A stretch of DNA of 64,000 bases from Octopus vulgaris. Its lineage: Eukaryota. Both the position numbers and the translations under genes were made by a program. Where the stretch lies: NCBI GenBank assembly GCA_951406725.2, contig OX597820.1:111414001-111478000 (forward strand), in the 5' to 3' direction. A model generated the notes under the pieces. The model was not told where the DNA came from, searched no databases, and worked only from the letters and a program-made list of their open reading frames with translations. Numbering within the stretch: position 1 is the first letter of the stretch; each line of letters begins with the position of its first letter. Positions 37,700 through 51,613 of this stretch are shown here, one piece after another.

Positions 37700-39400
37700 A
37701 TGAGTACATAATACTATACATTTCGATTAATATATATTTGATAAGTGCTAACGCACGAAGCTCTTGGCTCTCAGGTCACTCTGCTGTTTTCTGTATCTAC
37801 GACACCGATGCAAAGCTCTTGCCCGTAAAGATTATTCGTAAAATAGATAAGAGTTGAGAGAGTTCTCAGGTCGTTTTCGTTAGACACACCCTTCCGCTTT
37901 TCCCTGAGAGTTAGCTCCCCTGACCTTTGTGTGTGTATCGGGAGTGAAAACAAAGGGAAAATCAACAGTGACTTAAATTTCGGCTTACAAGTAGTCATCA
38001 ATTTGATTAGGTACCCTACGAAAAAGTATTGAGTGATTCTTTAATTTAACGTTCAAACATTACACACGCATATACATACGCGCATATACAAGACATATGC
38101 GCACGCGCACATATTTCTAGGTGTTTCTCATGGAAGCGTCATGTCACTTCCCTTTCACTTCTTCCGGCAGCAGAAACAATTAATTGTTGCTGGTCAACTG
38201 TAATTGACAAAGTTCAATCAACTTGTGACCTTCTGATAGAATAATAAGAAATATTAAATGGGTTTTTATTTTCATCTCACCGAAGTAAAATTGTGAAAGA
38301 CGGAAGAAATCTCGGACGAAGAAATACATTAAAAAAAATATAGTTATTCGTTTGAAGTTGTCTTTACGCCATCCTGACATTTCAGTTAGTTCCAAGTAAA
38401 AGATCTGTGACAAAAATATTATAACTGTCTTAGAGATTTTGTAGTTGGAATATTATTGAAGGGCTGTAAGTTGCGTTGAGACTGTCCTTGTCCACGTAGA
38501 CATCAAGTTTGACCGTAATTAGGACATGACTCGTTGATATGTAAGTCATAAATATAGCATAACTACACTTTAGGATACCATTATGATTTGTTTCTTGATA
38601 ATTTTTTTTATGATGTATATTTGTTAATGAAAATCTGTACAGAGATGTTTTTTTTATTTTGGGAGATACAGATGATGTTTTTGAAATTAAAATAAAGTTT
38701 TCACTTTACTCAGAAAGAATAGTTTCATAATTTTTTGAACCAGTTAATTTGCTTATGGTAGTTGTGCAATATTACATACGTATGACATTATCCTAATTTA
38801 TATTATTCATTATAAAAAAAAAAGAGAAATAAAGAAAATCTCCATACTATCTTTGGTTTTAAAAATTATAAAAATAGAACTTTTATTATCATCGTTTCCG
38901 CTCTGCACGTCTTTTACGGGCTCCTTTTTTTCTTTGACAGTCCCAAAAGTAGACGACCAAAGTAAATATGGCTTCGTATTTCGATGAACACGACTGTGAA
39001 CCTTTAGGAGAGGGACAAGCACCAAATCACACACTCTCATTAGCCAGGCAAGTCTTGTTTATTTAATTAATCAGTTTGAACGTCCATGCAAAGTTGGTGA
39101 AGCACGGAGTGAAGTATGTAGTAAGCTGGTTAACATAGAGTTAATGGTTTTGAAAAACGAAAGTTGATTAATCGGAAGTAACGACAGTGACTTCTGATAA
39201 TTTCTTGTAAACCAACTATGTAACATAATCAATGTATAGAATGTGAATCGACAAGAAAATGCGTCACCGCATCCCGTCGGGTCTTTCTGTACAGGATAAT
39301 TGCCATTGCTCTTCGTGTAGCTGTCTTGGCTATTGTGCGGGGCCTGAATTGCTTTTCGAGTGGTGTTCGTTTCTGGGTATGTTGGAACGGTACACCTCAA
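37700..39400. promoter_or_regulatory. CpG-retaining promoter region of RNF181
   Basis: Visibly more CpG than the flanks. Contains an ETS-like CTTCCGG at 38161 and surrounds the ATG. Confidence 0.55.
38968..39047 (+). CDS. RNF181: E3 ubiquitin ligase RNF181, exon 1 (MASYFDEHDCEPLGEGQAPNHTLSLAR)
   Basis: Diagnostic N-terminus MASYFDEHDCEP. Donor is AG|GCAAGT (GC-AG type). Confidence 0.95.
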
Positions 39401-40669
39401 CTGCTATTTTTGAATTAAGATTTCACTAGAAAGTACTATTCAAGTAGATGCCAGTGAATGCGATGTAATGAGGGAGTTCATTAATAAAATTAAGGGATTT
39501 CATCAGTTCTGTTTATAAAATTATAGGGTGTTCCTGTCATCATTTCCGGTCAATTTACTTTCATTTTTTTGTAAACTCTTATACTGCCTTCTAACCAATA
39601 ACTCTTCTGCAAAAGAATAAACTACAGTAAAACTTCAAAAACTAAAAGGAAAGAAAGACGATCAGATGTTTCTGTTAATTGTTTTTGTAGCCTTTTGATT
39701 GTAATGGAGGATCTTAACATTTATTATAGTCAGTGGTTCCTTGAAATCCAACCTTGGTATCTTTTTAAAGCCTGTTTTAAAAATATTCTCTCTCTCTCTC
39801 TCTCTGATCATGTTTAATAAGATACTAACTTTATTAAATGACTTTGATTGGAATATTCGTTCGCAATGCATTTGAGAAGATTCAAGCATTAATATGCTAA
39901 TAACTGTTGTGTTTTGTCACTGGAAAACAACTCCTTTCAAACAAATATGTGTTCATAATACACATGATTCGAAGTTGCAAGGGAATGTTCAGTGTTTCAA
40001 CATGGTTGTGTCTCATCTGCCAAAGGCAGCTCAGACTAATGAATCTAACAAAAGATGGTGGTTCTTGTTTATAATTTCAGCAAAGAAATTATTTGCTGAT
40101 GCATACTGATATCTTCCAACCAATAATAAATAATCATGAGCACAATAAACAGTGAGAATCAAAACAATGACTTGCATATTTATTCTTCCTATGTTCTGGC
40201 ATATACAGCATGCACCAGCAAATAATTTGTTTACTAAAGTTATAAATGAGTCACAATCTCTTGATATATTCATTTGTTTGAGTTGCATTTGGTTAACAAG
40301 AGACAACGGTGTCAAAACACGGGGTGTTTTAACTAGGTAATTTGAGTCTTTTTTTTTTTCTTTTTTTCAACAGGCTTTTATAATGAAATAATACAGAAAT
40401 AATTTAATGATAGAGCTGAAATTAAGAATTAGTCTTTATTAAGCCAGTCAGTGTCACCACAACAATTAGAGGGTAGCTTTCTTATATGAACTAACCTTTG
40501 TTAATGAATCACTTCAAGTTAAACCTCAACTCCTTAATCTCATCAAATCGGTTTGTATCATTCTCTAATTCCTGCTGATAAGTTTGTCTCTTGATTACTA
40601 CTTATATTTCAATGCCATATCACTTGGTCTTTGAACTCTTTCAATAACTTCATCATGATTATTATCACT

Positions 40670-41085
40670 TTTAACATCCACTTTTCCATACTTGCGTTAA
40701 TCAAATGGAGCTTACTAAGGCAGATTTTCTGTGGTCAACTGCCCTTCTTGTCACCAACCCTCACCTATTTCCAAGCAAGGTATTATTTCCTCTTGGTCAA
40801 GTGTGTTTTTTGCAGGCTATTGAAAATGAACGACACAGCTTCCTATGAGAATGGCACACATTTACAATTACCATGCAATGTCATGACGAGGAAACACACA
40901 TGCACATGCATAAACACACACACACACACAGATATATATGAAGGGCTTTCTGTCTACTAAATGAACTTACAAGGCCTTGGTCAACATGGGACTATAGTGA
41001 AAGACACTTGCCCGAGGTGTCATGCAATATGGATGAACTGAAAACGATTTGGTTGGGAAGTAACTTCTTAACCACACATTCATAC
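40670..41085 (-). mobile_element. tRNA-SINE
   Basis: Reverse complement of the head (tgtggttaagaagttacttcccaacc) and the shared tail. Confidence 0.7.
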
Positions 41086-43209
41086 CCAAGAAAATGTAGC
41101 ACTACGTAAATGGTAGGATTAGCTGCTGGAAGTACGTTAGGAAGAATAGCGTTGTAATTTTCATTTCAAGAAAGTAGTAAGTTGTATTTGGACTTCCATA
41201 TCACTCCATTGCAAATCTCTATTTGTCCATTAACTGAAGAACAATATGTGTTGTTATAGAAGATCAGAAACAAAAAGTAATCAAATTTCTGTTGATGAAA
41301 ATTGGATTCTTTGTTATATTAAAAAGTATCGAAGATGGAAAACAATTGTCATAACCAACAAATGACAGATGATTACACAAACTGACTGAAAATACAAGCA
41401 AAAAGTTCTATGTTAATCAATGATTGTTTGTAGATCACAGTTTCTAATAAATTTTGCAGCATCCTTTGTTTCAACAATGTCCATGTGAAGACATTCAAAA
41501 ACTCTGGATGCCTTTATAATGTGTCCCTCTGTTTCAGGTTTGAAAATTTGAGGGCTTGCATTCTTTATGAGTTATGCAAATTGAAACAACTGTGCACATC
41601 TATTGGTGAAAATGGTAAGTGGTGTACATGTTCCCAGATTCTGATTATACTAAAATGGCTTAATGAGTCATATAGAGATAATTTGCCAACATCATTTGTT
41701 ATTGCAGCTGTCTGAGAGAGTATCTGTTGGAACATTTTTAGTATCCTGACAGTAAATTACCTCACAATGAAGTTCTGATTGTTGGAGATTCCATCAAATT
41801 ATAATTTCATTTTAACTCCATCATTACCATAATTCTAATAAAGTACACTGCCTTTGTATTAATTAATTTTGAAAATGATGAAAAATTTATCACTTAATTA
41901 CTTTGTTGTTATTAAGCAAAAGTTTTTTTAACATAGCATGAACTTTTGATAGAAGATTTAGATTATTTTAAAATAGGAAGTTTCCATCACAGAACCAGAG
42001 ACATTTTCAGACAGACTGGTATCAAAAGGGTTAGTCCTAGATTTTTTGATTTGAGAAAAAATAGGTACTCTGACCTGTTGATTTGCCTTTATTATTATAT
42101 GAAATGATTAATAATGCGATGGAGAAATTCTCTTTTTTCAAAATATTCATTCTCAGAAAAGTCAATACTGTCCATCACTATAAAGTCACAAGATATTTCT
42201 GTATCATTGAGTTAAACTTTCATTGGAATTGATCCAACCATTTTTAGATTATAACCATTAAAAGTTAAGTGGTTGTGACAACTTAATTGGGTTATTTTAT
42301 TGAGAAGCAAATAAAAATGGGATAATTGAGCATGAGACCTCAGTATCCACTGTCATATCAATGTTTCTATCATAAATTATTTGTAAACTATTGAGATGTC
42401 TACTGGTTGTTAATTTAGTATTTGATTATAAATGTCATTATTATCTACCTGTTGATCCAGGATTAGTTGAAGCACAAACTATATTTGCCATTTATTGTGA
42501 CAGCTGCATAAACTAATTTTGAACCTGATTTGAGAAGCTATTTAGTCATCTAGGCTCTGACCTAACTCTGCTGATTTTGAACAGCAAACTTTAGTCCAGT
42601 ATCTTGATTTACTGCAATTGATTAGTTACATTACAAGTAACATAGAATATAATGGGTTGAGGATGAAGATCACAGAATTAGCATGAGCTCAATAAAAAGT
42701 GTTTAATTATAGTAGGATCCTATATATCTAATATTATCCCCATGTGCTTAGCAGACATAATTTTCCCTTTAGAGGCATCTAAAACCTTACAAGATGAGTT
42801 CATGGAAATGTCTAGATAATACAGAGTTTAGATTGGTGTAGATCTGGTTTGTATAGTAACAAGTGAAAGCAGCACACATGTTTCAATTTTATTAAATCTC
42901 AGTAAAACTAAGAGTAATGTATGTATGTGTGCATGCATGCACGCACAAACACACACACACAAACAAATTGGGAATGTAGTAACACTAATTATGAATACCA
43001 ACAACTATATGGCTGAGGGAAAATGGCACAGGTAAGCTTTTTGCATACTAAGTACTAAATACAAATACATTTGGCTCTAACACATGTAATATAATGGTTT
43101 CTAATTTTGGCACAATGCCAACAAATTTGTAAATATTCTAGTCTAAAAACAATCAGCAAAAGAATTATCTCCCTGATTTCTTTGTTTAGTGTGTCCTTTT
43201 CTTCTAAAC

Positions 43210-46200
43210 CAGTGTTTCTCAACCTCATTCTGGCTGTGTCCCCCTTTAATTCAACACGGAATCGTTATGGCCCCCATGCTAATTTAAGTTTTTATCCCCA
43301 CTCTGTCCCTCAACTTAATGCATCTAGAGAAGTAGAAAGAAATATTGAAAGTTTTAGTTTTGCATCCACCCCACTTGTAAGTTGAATAAATATTTCATTT
43401 AAATAAATTTATTTACATTTACAAAGCAAAAAATATAGCAATTTCAGTTTATATTGCCTGATTTCAATGGGATCCCTGTGACTGATGCAGGGTTGCCAAC
43501 TTGTTAATGTTTGGTTTCAAAACCATCGATGAGAGGTGTAAATCTCCTCTTCTTTCTACGTCAAGGCAATTTCAAGTCTTTGACAGCAGAGACATCACCC
43601 AACTGAAACCTGACTCAACTAAATATGATGTGGGAAAAGCAAGTAAAAGCAACCTAACGTTTTTCCAGGGTAATGGGTACTTTTTAGAGATCTCTTCATT
43701 CAACCACAGCTTCTGGTATCCTCCGTACTTGAACCTTGCTAGAGCTGCTTGTGTTATTTTGAAGTTTAATGAAGCTTTCTTGTATGTCAGTATTGATTTC
43801 AGATGGATCAACAACGAAAGGATCCACATACCACCGTGGCACCATCATTTAGAGTAGATCAGAGAAGCGAATTTCCATATCATTATGTAACTGCTTTGAA
43901 TGATCAACATAAACTGTTAAGTCATCATCAAGCAGCTCGGCGGATATGCTTGCTAAGGAAGGAAGCTGTGTAAATTCCTGCCTTCCAAGATTCAACCAGA
44001 ATAACTTTTGTTTCCCGTTGAAAGTTAGAATTTTCTCTTTGCAAGGAAACAGAGTGGAGTTATTTCCTTGAAGTTCTTTGTTAAGGACATTTAGCTTTTC
44101 AAGTATGTCAGACAAGTAATAAATATTATTCTTTACATCAACAAGTTTCTCTCCAAGTTCTCTTTCACTCAAAAAAGAGATATCAGTGTCCATAAGTGTA
44201 ACAAAGAGATGCAGGCAATTGGATAGCCATCTGACTTCAGTAAGCAACACAAGTCATTCAAATTTCTTGCTGTTATTTTCATGTAATTGCTTAAAGAGGT
44301 AATCTTGCAGTGCATTCTTTTTTATCAAGTTGACAGCTTTAATAACATTTATAAGTGCATCATTCAAGCGTCTTGCTATGTCTTTGGCAACCAGATGCTG
44401 TCGATGAACATACTGCACACAAAGCACATTTGGAACAGCTTTTTTAAGTAATCACTGAATCTCCAATATCTTCCGATCATAGCAGCTGCACCATCTGTTG
44501 CACAAACCACAATGTTCTTCAATGGAATGCAGTTCTCTTCAAAATAAGCTTCAAGTTTCTTGCAGATGAATTCCACTTCTGTGTTGGTCATTACTTTCAA
44601 AGCAAAAAGCAATTCTTGACATAAATCATTAATATTAAGAAATGTAACAAATGCCATTAAAAAAGCAGAATTACCAGGTAGAGTTGATTAATCTATTTGA
44701 AGTGAGAATTCATTAACCCTAAGTTTTGAAACTAATTGGCTTTCAACATCAGCTGCCATTTCACCAATCCGTCATGTTACTGATGAGTTGCTCAGAGGAA
44801 TAACACTTGTAACCTCTTGTGGATTCTGATCCATGACTGTTGAAAACACTACAGCCACTGCAGACATGATTAAAGATTCACCAATGGTATGAGGCTTATG
44901 AGCTTTTGCAATTAAATTTGCTATCTGGTAGGAAGCCAACATCCCTTTGTGAACATTTGATCCACTGTCATCCTTCCTCGAAACTCATCACATAACTTTT
45001 TGAAGAAGTCTAGTGGCTGGTCTTTTATATCTCTATGTACAGTCTCCAGATGTTTTTTTAGTTTGCAGAGACGCATACTTTCATTTGAGAATGAAGTCTT
45101 GCATAGCAGACACATAGGCATGGTAGAATTTTGTGGAGATTTAATGGATCCATAAGCAAGATATTCAACAGAATATTGTCTACACATTTTTTTAGATGCA
45201 CTTGCCATGTTTATCTGAAATAATAAACAAATATTTTCAAAAAAGTTAAATAAACAAGAGGTTAGTTTCAAGTGTTTTTGTCAGGGGTGAATACTGAGTA
45301 AGGTAAACCAATATACGTTTTTAGCCAAGAATAAAATTAGATCTAAAACCAAGTTTATAAAGTTAATACATTACACAGTTAACTAAATCAAAGGCTATGA
45401 TAATCAGGAAAAACAGATTAATATTTATGCTTATAAAAAGATAAAAATAACAAGACAAAAATTCATCATTCCCTTTTCTGTTGACCATCCAGAAAGAAAA
45501 TTAATTTGCTGAAAAGAAACTAAATTATAAAAGAGATGGCTAAAGCAAGTGAGTTGGTAAACTCATGGAGAAAATAGGGCTGATTTATTGTTGAATCAAA
45601 CTCAAATTGCCAAAAAGATTTAGCAAAGTATATTGAAAATGTTCTTTGTTTTAAAGAAAAATGATTTTATAATATATTTTGTTATATTCTATTAAACATA
45701 GTTTAATATTAAATTTTACTCTAATTAAATCAAGTATATAATACTATTCAGTGACCAATTATTGAATTATTAAATTGATTCATAATTTAATAGTTGTATA
45801 AAAATGCATATAAGAATGATTTTATCTAGTTTTCTAATGAATTGTTTGTTTGTTTTTGGGGTACCCTCGGCCTCTCACCTCCCTCTAGATTCCCCATCTT
45901 AGTTTGAATACTTCTCAAAGCTCTTATTAATTATAGGTTTTTTGAAAATAAGTCCTGTACTTATATGATAATTAAAGTAGCTCATAAAAACTTAGGTAAA
46001 ATGAAGTAAAAAGAAGTGGGTACTTGCACACTAACGATGCTGAAAAATATAACTAAACAAGAAAGTACGGAATCATGAGCAGAAGTAGGATGAGATAAGC
46101 AGAGAGAGAGAGAGAGAAAGAAGTGGCATAATTTGACAAAGCAAAAAAGAAAACTGAATCTTGAACAGACTTGTGCATATGTTAACCAGTTAGCATCCAC

Positions 46201-46693
46201 ATTGTTAATTGGATGGATTTTCCATGTCGTCAATAATGTTGAAGTGGAGTTTTAATAACTGTGACTTTGCCTTCTGTGCTGTCCATTATATATGTATGTT
46301 TTGCAGCTTTAAAATTTTGGAGCAATTTGGTATGATGCAATGATATGTAGCTGTTCATCTTAAAAACCAGACATACAACACTAAAAATCTAACAATCTAA
46401 CATGTGTTCTTTAGGTACATATATGAATGTAATTGAAAATTAGTACATAAGGATGGTCCATCATAATTATAAATGCATATACATGTGTTTCTTATATGTA
46501 TATTTGTAATGTGCATTTTACAAATAAAAATACATACCTACATGTTAATATTTTGTGATTCCCAAATTTTCTGTGCTCCCCCACCCACCCATAACCCCCT
46601 GTAGCTCCCTATTTTTCAAACTTAGCTTTGTGGCCCCCAAGAAATGTTTCATGGTCCTCTAGGGGTCCATATGGCTCCTGTTGAGAAACCCTG
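43210..46693 (-). mobile_element. Full-length decayed hAT Buster/Charlie transposon in RNF181 intron 1
   Basis: TIR CAGTGTTTCTCAAC / GTTGAGAAACCCTG and 8-bp TSD ttctaaac/ttctaaat. BED finger RQYSVEYL..PMCLLC...KHLETVH, ATDGAAAM, TEVRWLS and FPTSYLVESGFS motifs. ORF remnant 45208->43464. Confidence 0.95.
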
Positions 46694-47593
46694 TTCTAAA
46701 TAAAGAAATCTCATCCAGTAATATCAGCTTAAGAGTATCACCTGTTACTTCATCAATTTTTAAGTCATTAACTCCTCCACTGATTAAGAATAAAATTAAT
46801 GGGAATTTCAGGTGGTTTAACAACCTTACAATTTGTTGTCAAAATTGTTGTTTTAAGTGTTTTCAAAGCAAATCACTTTGCATAACAAACTATTTTAAAT
46901 AAAGGGCTTTTAGAAATTTCCATGGTAACATGGATAATATTTACGAAGCAATTAAGGACTGCCATTACAGTTACACGTTTTAGGCTTGTGAGTCACCCAC
47001 TAACATTCAGTGGTTGACTGAACCCATTTACAGTAGTTTACAAATGTTATGTATCTGTTGAAAATAGAGATAAAACTATGAAATAAGTTTTATCTGATTC
47101 CAAGTCATCCATGTCATGTTGCAGAAGCCGGATCAGTTTTAGATATCAACCAAAATAGAATGCAACAAGCTCTTCACATGAAAATGTTTCCCATATGCAT
47201 TTGGTTGCCACCATTGGCAGCAGTTGTTTATGATACTGATGATGGTGGTGATGGTGACAATAATATAACCCCAGTTAGCTCTTCGTGGGTCACCTGAAAA
47301 TTTAGAAATATTTATTATGCCAAATTATACAGATGTGAAATATTTGATATGACTGTGTGATTGAACTCCAGCCCTTGGTCAATGTTCTAGTTGTGTCCAG
47401 CCCCTATTTATTGTTGGTTTTACGTTTGTTTTGTTGTATTTAACTGACTATCAAACGAAAGAACCATGCTGCACTCTCTGTCACAATTAAGTTGTTAGTT
47501 GTAGTGCAGGTGGAGACAGCCAAATAAACAATTGTTCTAATACATAAACTGCCATTATTACTACTACTACTACTACTACTAATAATAATAATT

Positions 47594-50360
47594 AATTCTT
47601 TTTAATGGCTATAAGGGCTGACAAATATGATTGGAAAACATAAAGGGACAAAACAGGACGAAAGGTTACAAAAGATTTTGTCCGTTTGTGAAAAAAAGAA
47701 CGAGTAAAAAGCAGTTTAACAATCAAAAATTTTAACAACGAAAAACTCCCAATAGAGGAAACACTTCAAAAAAAAGAAAAGGTCTCACGTGGAAAAACCC
47801 ATAAAAGCCACGGGAGCCTGGTCAAAAGTGGAGTAGAGAGCCCCTTTCTCTTTTTATAATACCTTTTTCAATTACAGGCGAAACCTCAGAATTGGTTCAT
47901 TTATACTGGCCATTCTTGCACAATTCACCCACCTTTCAGAAAACTTGCTATCAGACAGCACTCTCCTCTCTAACCTCATCTTCCTTTTCAAGTTAAAATT
48001 GAAAAAGTTGATGAGGCCTTGACCAAAGAGGAAAGTGTCTGACTTTAGCACTTTCAAATGGGTCCACCACACAACCTCTTTCACCACAGCCACTAGGCAC
48101 AGGAAAACGGCCTTGCCTTCCTTGTTAAAGGAGGTCGGCGGGGCAATCTTCACTATGGATTCAGCTGATAGCTGGATCCGTCCCATATGTGACAGTAGTT
48201 GTTCGACATAAACCCATAGTTCAGCAATACTTGGGCACTGGACTAGTGCGTGCAGAACAGTTTTATCGTCCTGGCAACACCTCGGGCAGGCCCGGCTGAC
48301 AGCACTTCCATGCCGGTAGAGTTTATCTCAAACGGGCAGAGCTCCTCGGTAACACTGCCAGGTGAGGGACCTTTGGAAATTATCCATTGGGCATTGGCCC
48401 CGGCCCGAAAGTTCTTCCAAACAGACCGCTCAGTTTGTTATCATCAACGCCTAGAGTTTCCTCGAGAACGTCGTCGCATTTTTCCTCCACTAACCCTCTA
48501 TAGAACACTAGAGTGGAACTAAAACCGATCGCATTGCCCGCTTGGCGGAGGGCGGAGAAAGCTTGACAGCACTCGAGGTGCCAAGCACCCTTTCTCGGTC
48601 TACGTTTGATCCCGGTCTGCAGCTCTGTCAAAGAGACGAGCTGCAGAAAGTCGTGTCTAACAAAAGACGACCACACCTGTTCACCATCTAGGAAACGCTT
48701 GAGATGTCATAGCCTGAGCGCATGTCTGTGCATCAGTAACCACGGCATGCCAAGGCCTCCGTTCAGCGGTCGTTGACAGCAGATGGATTGCCTGACTAGT
48801 GGTACCTGACCCTTCCACAAAATGTCGAAGAGCAGACGTACCAGCTTGGCCAACCAGTGGTCAGGACAAGGGACGACAGTCAAGCGGTAATAGATGACGG
48901 ATGCGATGTACGCATTCACCACCTCCGCTCAACCTTTCAGGGACAGCTTCCTCTCAGCCCATTTCTGGGTGAGATTGGCCACCCTGCTTGTCACTTCTTC
49001 CCAGTTTTTATCCACCTGGAGGTCTGGACCAAACCTGACCCCGAGCAGTTTAACGGGTCCGTCTGTCCAGCATCCTACGACGCTGTTGGACGGCATGGGC
49101 TTGCCTCTCCAGGTGCCCAGTTGCAAGCCCACAGACTTTTCCGCGTTAATCTTTGCCTCTGTCACCGTTTCATACTCGTTTAGCGTCTCACCAATCAGGT
49201 CAATGTGCCTGTGGCTCAACACTATCACGGTGACGTCGTTGGCATAGGCAGACACGCTGTTTCCATCTCCTAGATCGCATGGGATACCCCTCGAGAGTCA
49301 ATACGTACAAGAGGGAGGAGAGAGGGCATCCTTGGCGGACCGAACGCGAGATGTTAAACGTTTCCGAAAGGTGACCGTTCACCCGTATCACTGAGCAGAT
49401 GTTGCTGTATAAAGCAGCGATCCACCTGCAAAAAACTGGACCAAAGCCAGCTGCCAGGTACCGATGGTCGACCCTATCGAAGGCTTTACTCTGATCTAAA
49501 TTGATCAAAGCCCCACCCGCGCCAGCGTCATTACCCACCCTCTCTATGATGTAGCGCATGAGATGGAGATTGTTGTGTATCGACCTGATCGGCACGGCGC
49601 ATGTCTGAGTCTTGCCAACCAGCTTGTCCATGACAAGCGCCAATCTCTTAGCTAGCACCTTGGCCAAAATCTTCAACTCTGCATTAAGCAGAGTGATGGG
49701 CCAAAAATTCCCTATAACGTCCCCCTTGTTTGAGTCCTTTCTCAGCAAAGCCACCACCCCTCGACAGACAAAAGCAGGAACTCTCCCGTTTTGCTGCCAG
49801 TTGCAGTAGACGTTTGCCAACAGGCCTGCAAACAAGTCTGGCATTGAAGTGTAAAGCTCGTAGGGCAGACCATCCAAACCCGGCGATCTACCTCTCGTGC
49901 AACTCTTCATTGCTTCCTCCACTTCCCAGGCAGATATCGGTCTTTCGCAGCACTCTACCTCGCTGTCTGAGAGTTGCGGTAGACTGTCCAGGTACACACC
50001 AAAGTCTGTACCATTGTCCGTTCCACCACTCGTCCCAAACAGCTGAGCAAAATGCCGCTGAAACACCGCACACATCTGCTTTGGTTCGGTAACCTCGCGC
50101 CTGTTCTGGTCTACCAAAGACCGAATGGTCGCTTTGTTGCCTCGCTTCACCTCTGCCATGCGGGCCCATCGAGCAGCCCTAGTCCCCTCCCCGCTTAGCG
50201 AACGTGCCTTAGCTCTGACAACACAGCCTTTGTGTTTGGCGTCAAAGTGTTGGTCGAGGGCCAACCTTGCCGCCAACTCGTCTCAAGAGCCTTGTCTAGT
50301 TTCTTAACTAAATCCCGCTCTCTCTTCCTATGTTCAATAGCTAGAGCCTTGCTAAACCTA

Positions 50361-50363
<3 letters not shown>
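47594..50363 (-). mobile_element. 5'-truncated Tx1/L1-clade LINE
   Basis: SPGLDGLPYELY, PITLLNAELKILAK, LDQSKAFDRVDH, SVRQGCPLS, AYANDVT and a C-terminal CPRC...H..C finger. T-rich 3' UTR. Confidence 0.93.
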
Positions 50364-50404
<41 letters not shown>

Positions 50405-50480
50405 TGATGATGATGATGATAACAATAATACTGTAGCTACTAATACTACCACCATTACTACTCTGACCACTATTACCACC
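50364..50480. repeat. (AAT)n/(GAT)n/(TAC)n compound microsatellite
   Basis: Directly visible. Confidence 0.9.
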
Positions 50481-50523
50481 CAGAGTCTGGAACATAAATT
50501 AATATGAAATTTGATGACTTTAA

Positions 50524-50883
50524 CCTTTTCATTGCCATATTTCTGTTGATACACAATGTTTATTTTGAAAATAATGAAAAGTTTAGTAAAATAACTTCGT
50601 CATTATCAAGGTGGTGTTTGGAACATAAATTAACATGGATTTTTGATGGAAGGTTTTCATTTAGATCACTTTAACCTTTTTATTACCATATTTATGTTGA
50701 AATAGTTTATCTTTGTTTTAATTAACTTTGAAAAGAAAGAAAAAATATAGTAGAATAATTGCCATTATTGAGTGGTGTTTGGAACTCATCATTAATTTTT
50801 GTTGGAATGTTTAATTTAGATGGCTCTAAAACAAGAAGTGTCATAGAATCAGAGGCATTCTTAGGTGGATTGGTATCAAAAGA
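50524..50883. mobile_element. Two adjacent piggyBac-type MITE copies
   Basis: Two ttaacctttt..tt(a/g)ccatattt starts. Same family as 58758. Confidence 0.7.
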
Positions 50884-51253
50884 TAAAACACTTCCACATG
50901 GTCCTTGGTTGCCTTGGGACCATGTTTCAAGGACCCTGTTTCAAGCCTTCAGACCAAGTATCTGTTGTAAGGATTACTCTCTCCCTGCCTTCCGCCAGTC
51001 TAAGAATCTCTACAAAAATAGGGTAATGGGATGTTTTTTTTCCTCTGTTATCATCATCATCATCATTTAACATTTACCTTTCGTGCTGACATGGGTGAGA
51101 TGATTTGATAGACTCCCATGAACTAGAAGGCAATGTATGTGGTCCTACTGCTGGATGTCCTTCCTAATGCTAACTACTGTACAGTGTACACTAGGTGCTT
51201 TTTTTTTTCATGGCACCACAACTCACAGAACATGTTCTAAGCTCATTTCTATA

Positions 51254-51613
51254 GGTACAGGTGTAGCTGTGTGGTAGGAAGCTTGCTTTCCAAACCACAT
51301 GGTTCCAAGTTCAATCCCACTGCATGGCACCTTGGGCCAACCAAAGCCTTGTGAGTGGATTTGGTAGACAGAAACTGAAAGAAGCCCATCGTGTGTGTGT
51401 CTGTATTTGTCCCCATCACCACTGCTTGACAACTGGTGCTGGTGTGTTTATGTCCCTGCAACTTAGTGGTTCAGCAAGGAGACTGATAGAATAAGTACCA
51501 AGCTTAACAAAAAATGAATACAGGAGTTTATTCATTTGACTAAAAATTCTCCAAGCTGGTGCCCCAGCATGGCTTCAGTCTAATGACTGAAACAAGTGAA
51601 AGATAAAAGATAA
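51254..51613 (+). mobile_element. Full-length tRNA-derived SINE
   Basis: A-box tagctgtgtggtagg, B-box agttcaatccc, core ggcaccttgggc and an (AAAGAT)n tail. Confidence 0.88.

Noticed and set aside
51254-51330. tRNA gene
   Set aside because: The A/B boxes belong to a SINE head that is continuous with the SINE core and tail, and no full cloverleaf forms.
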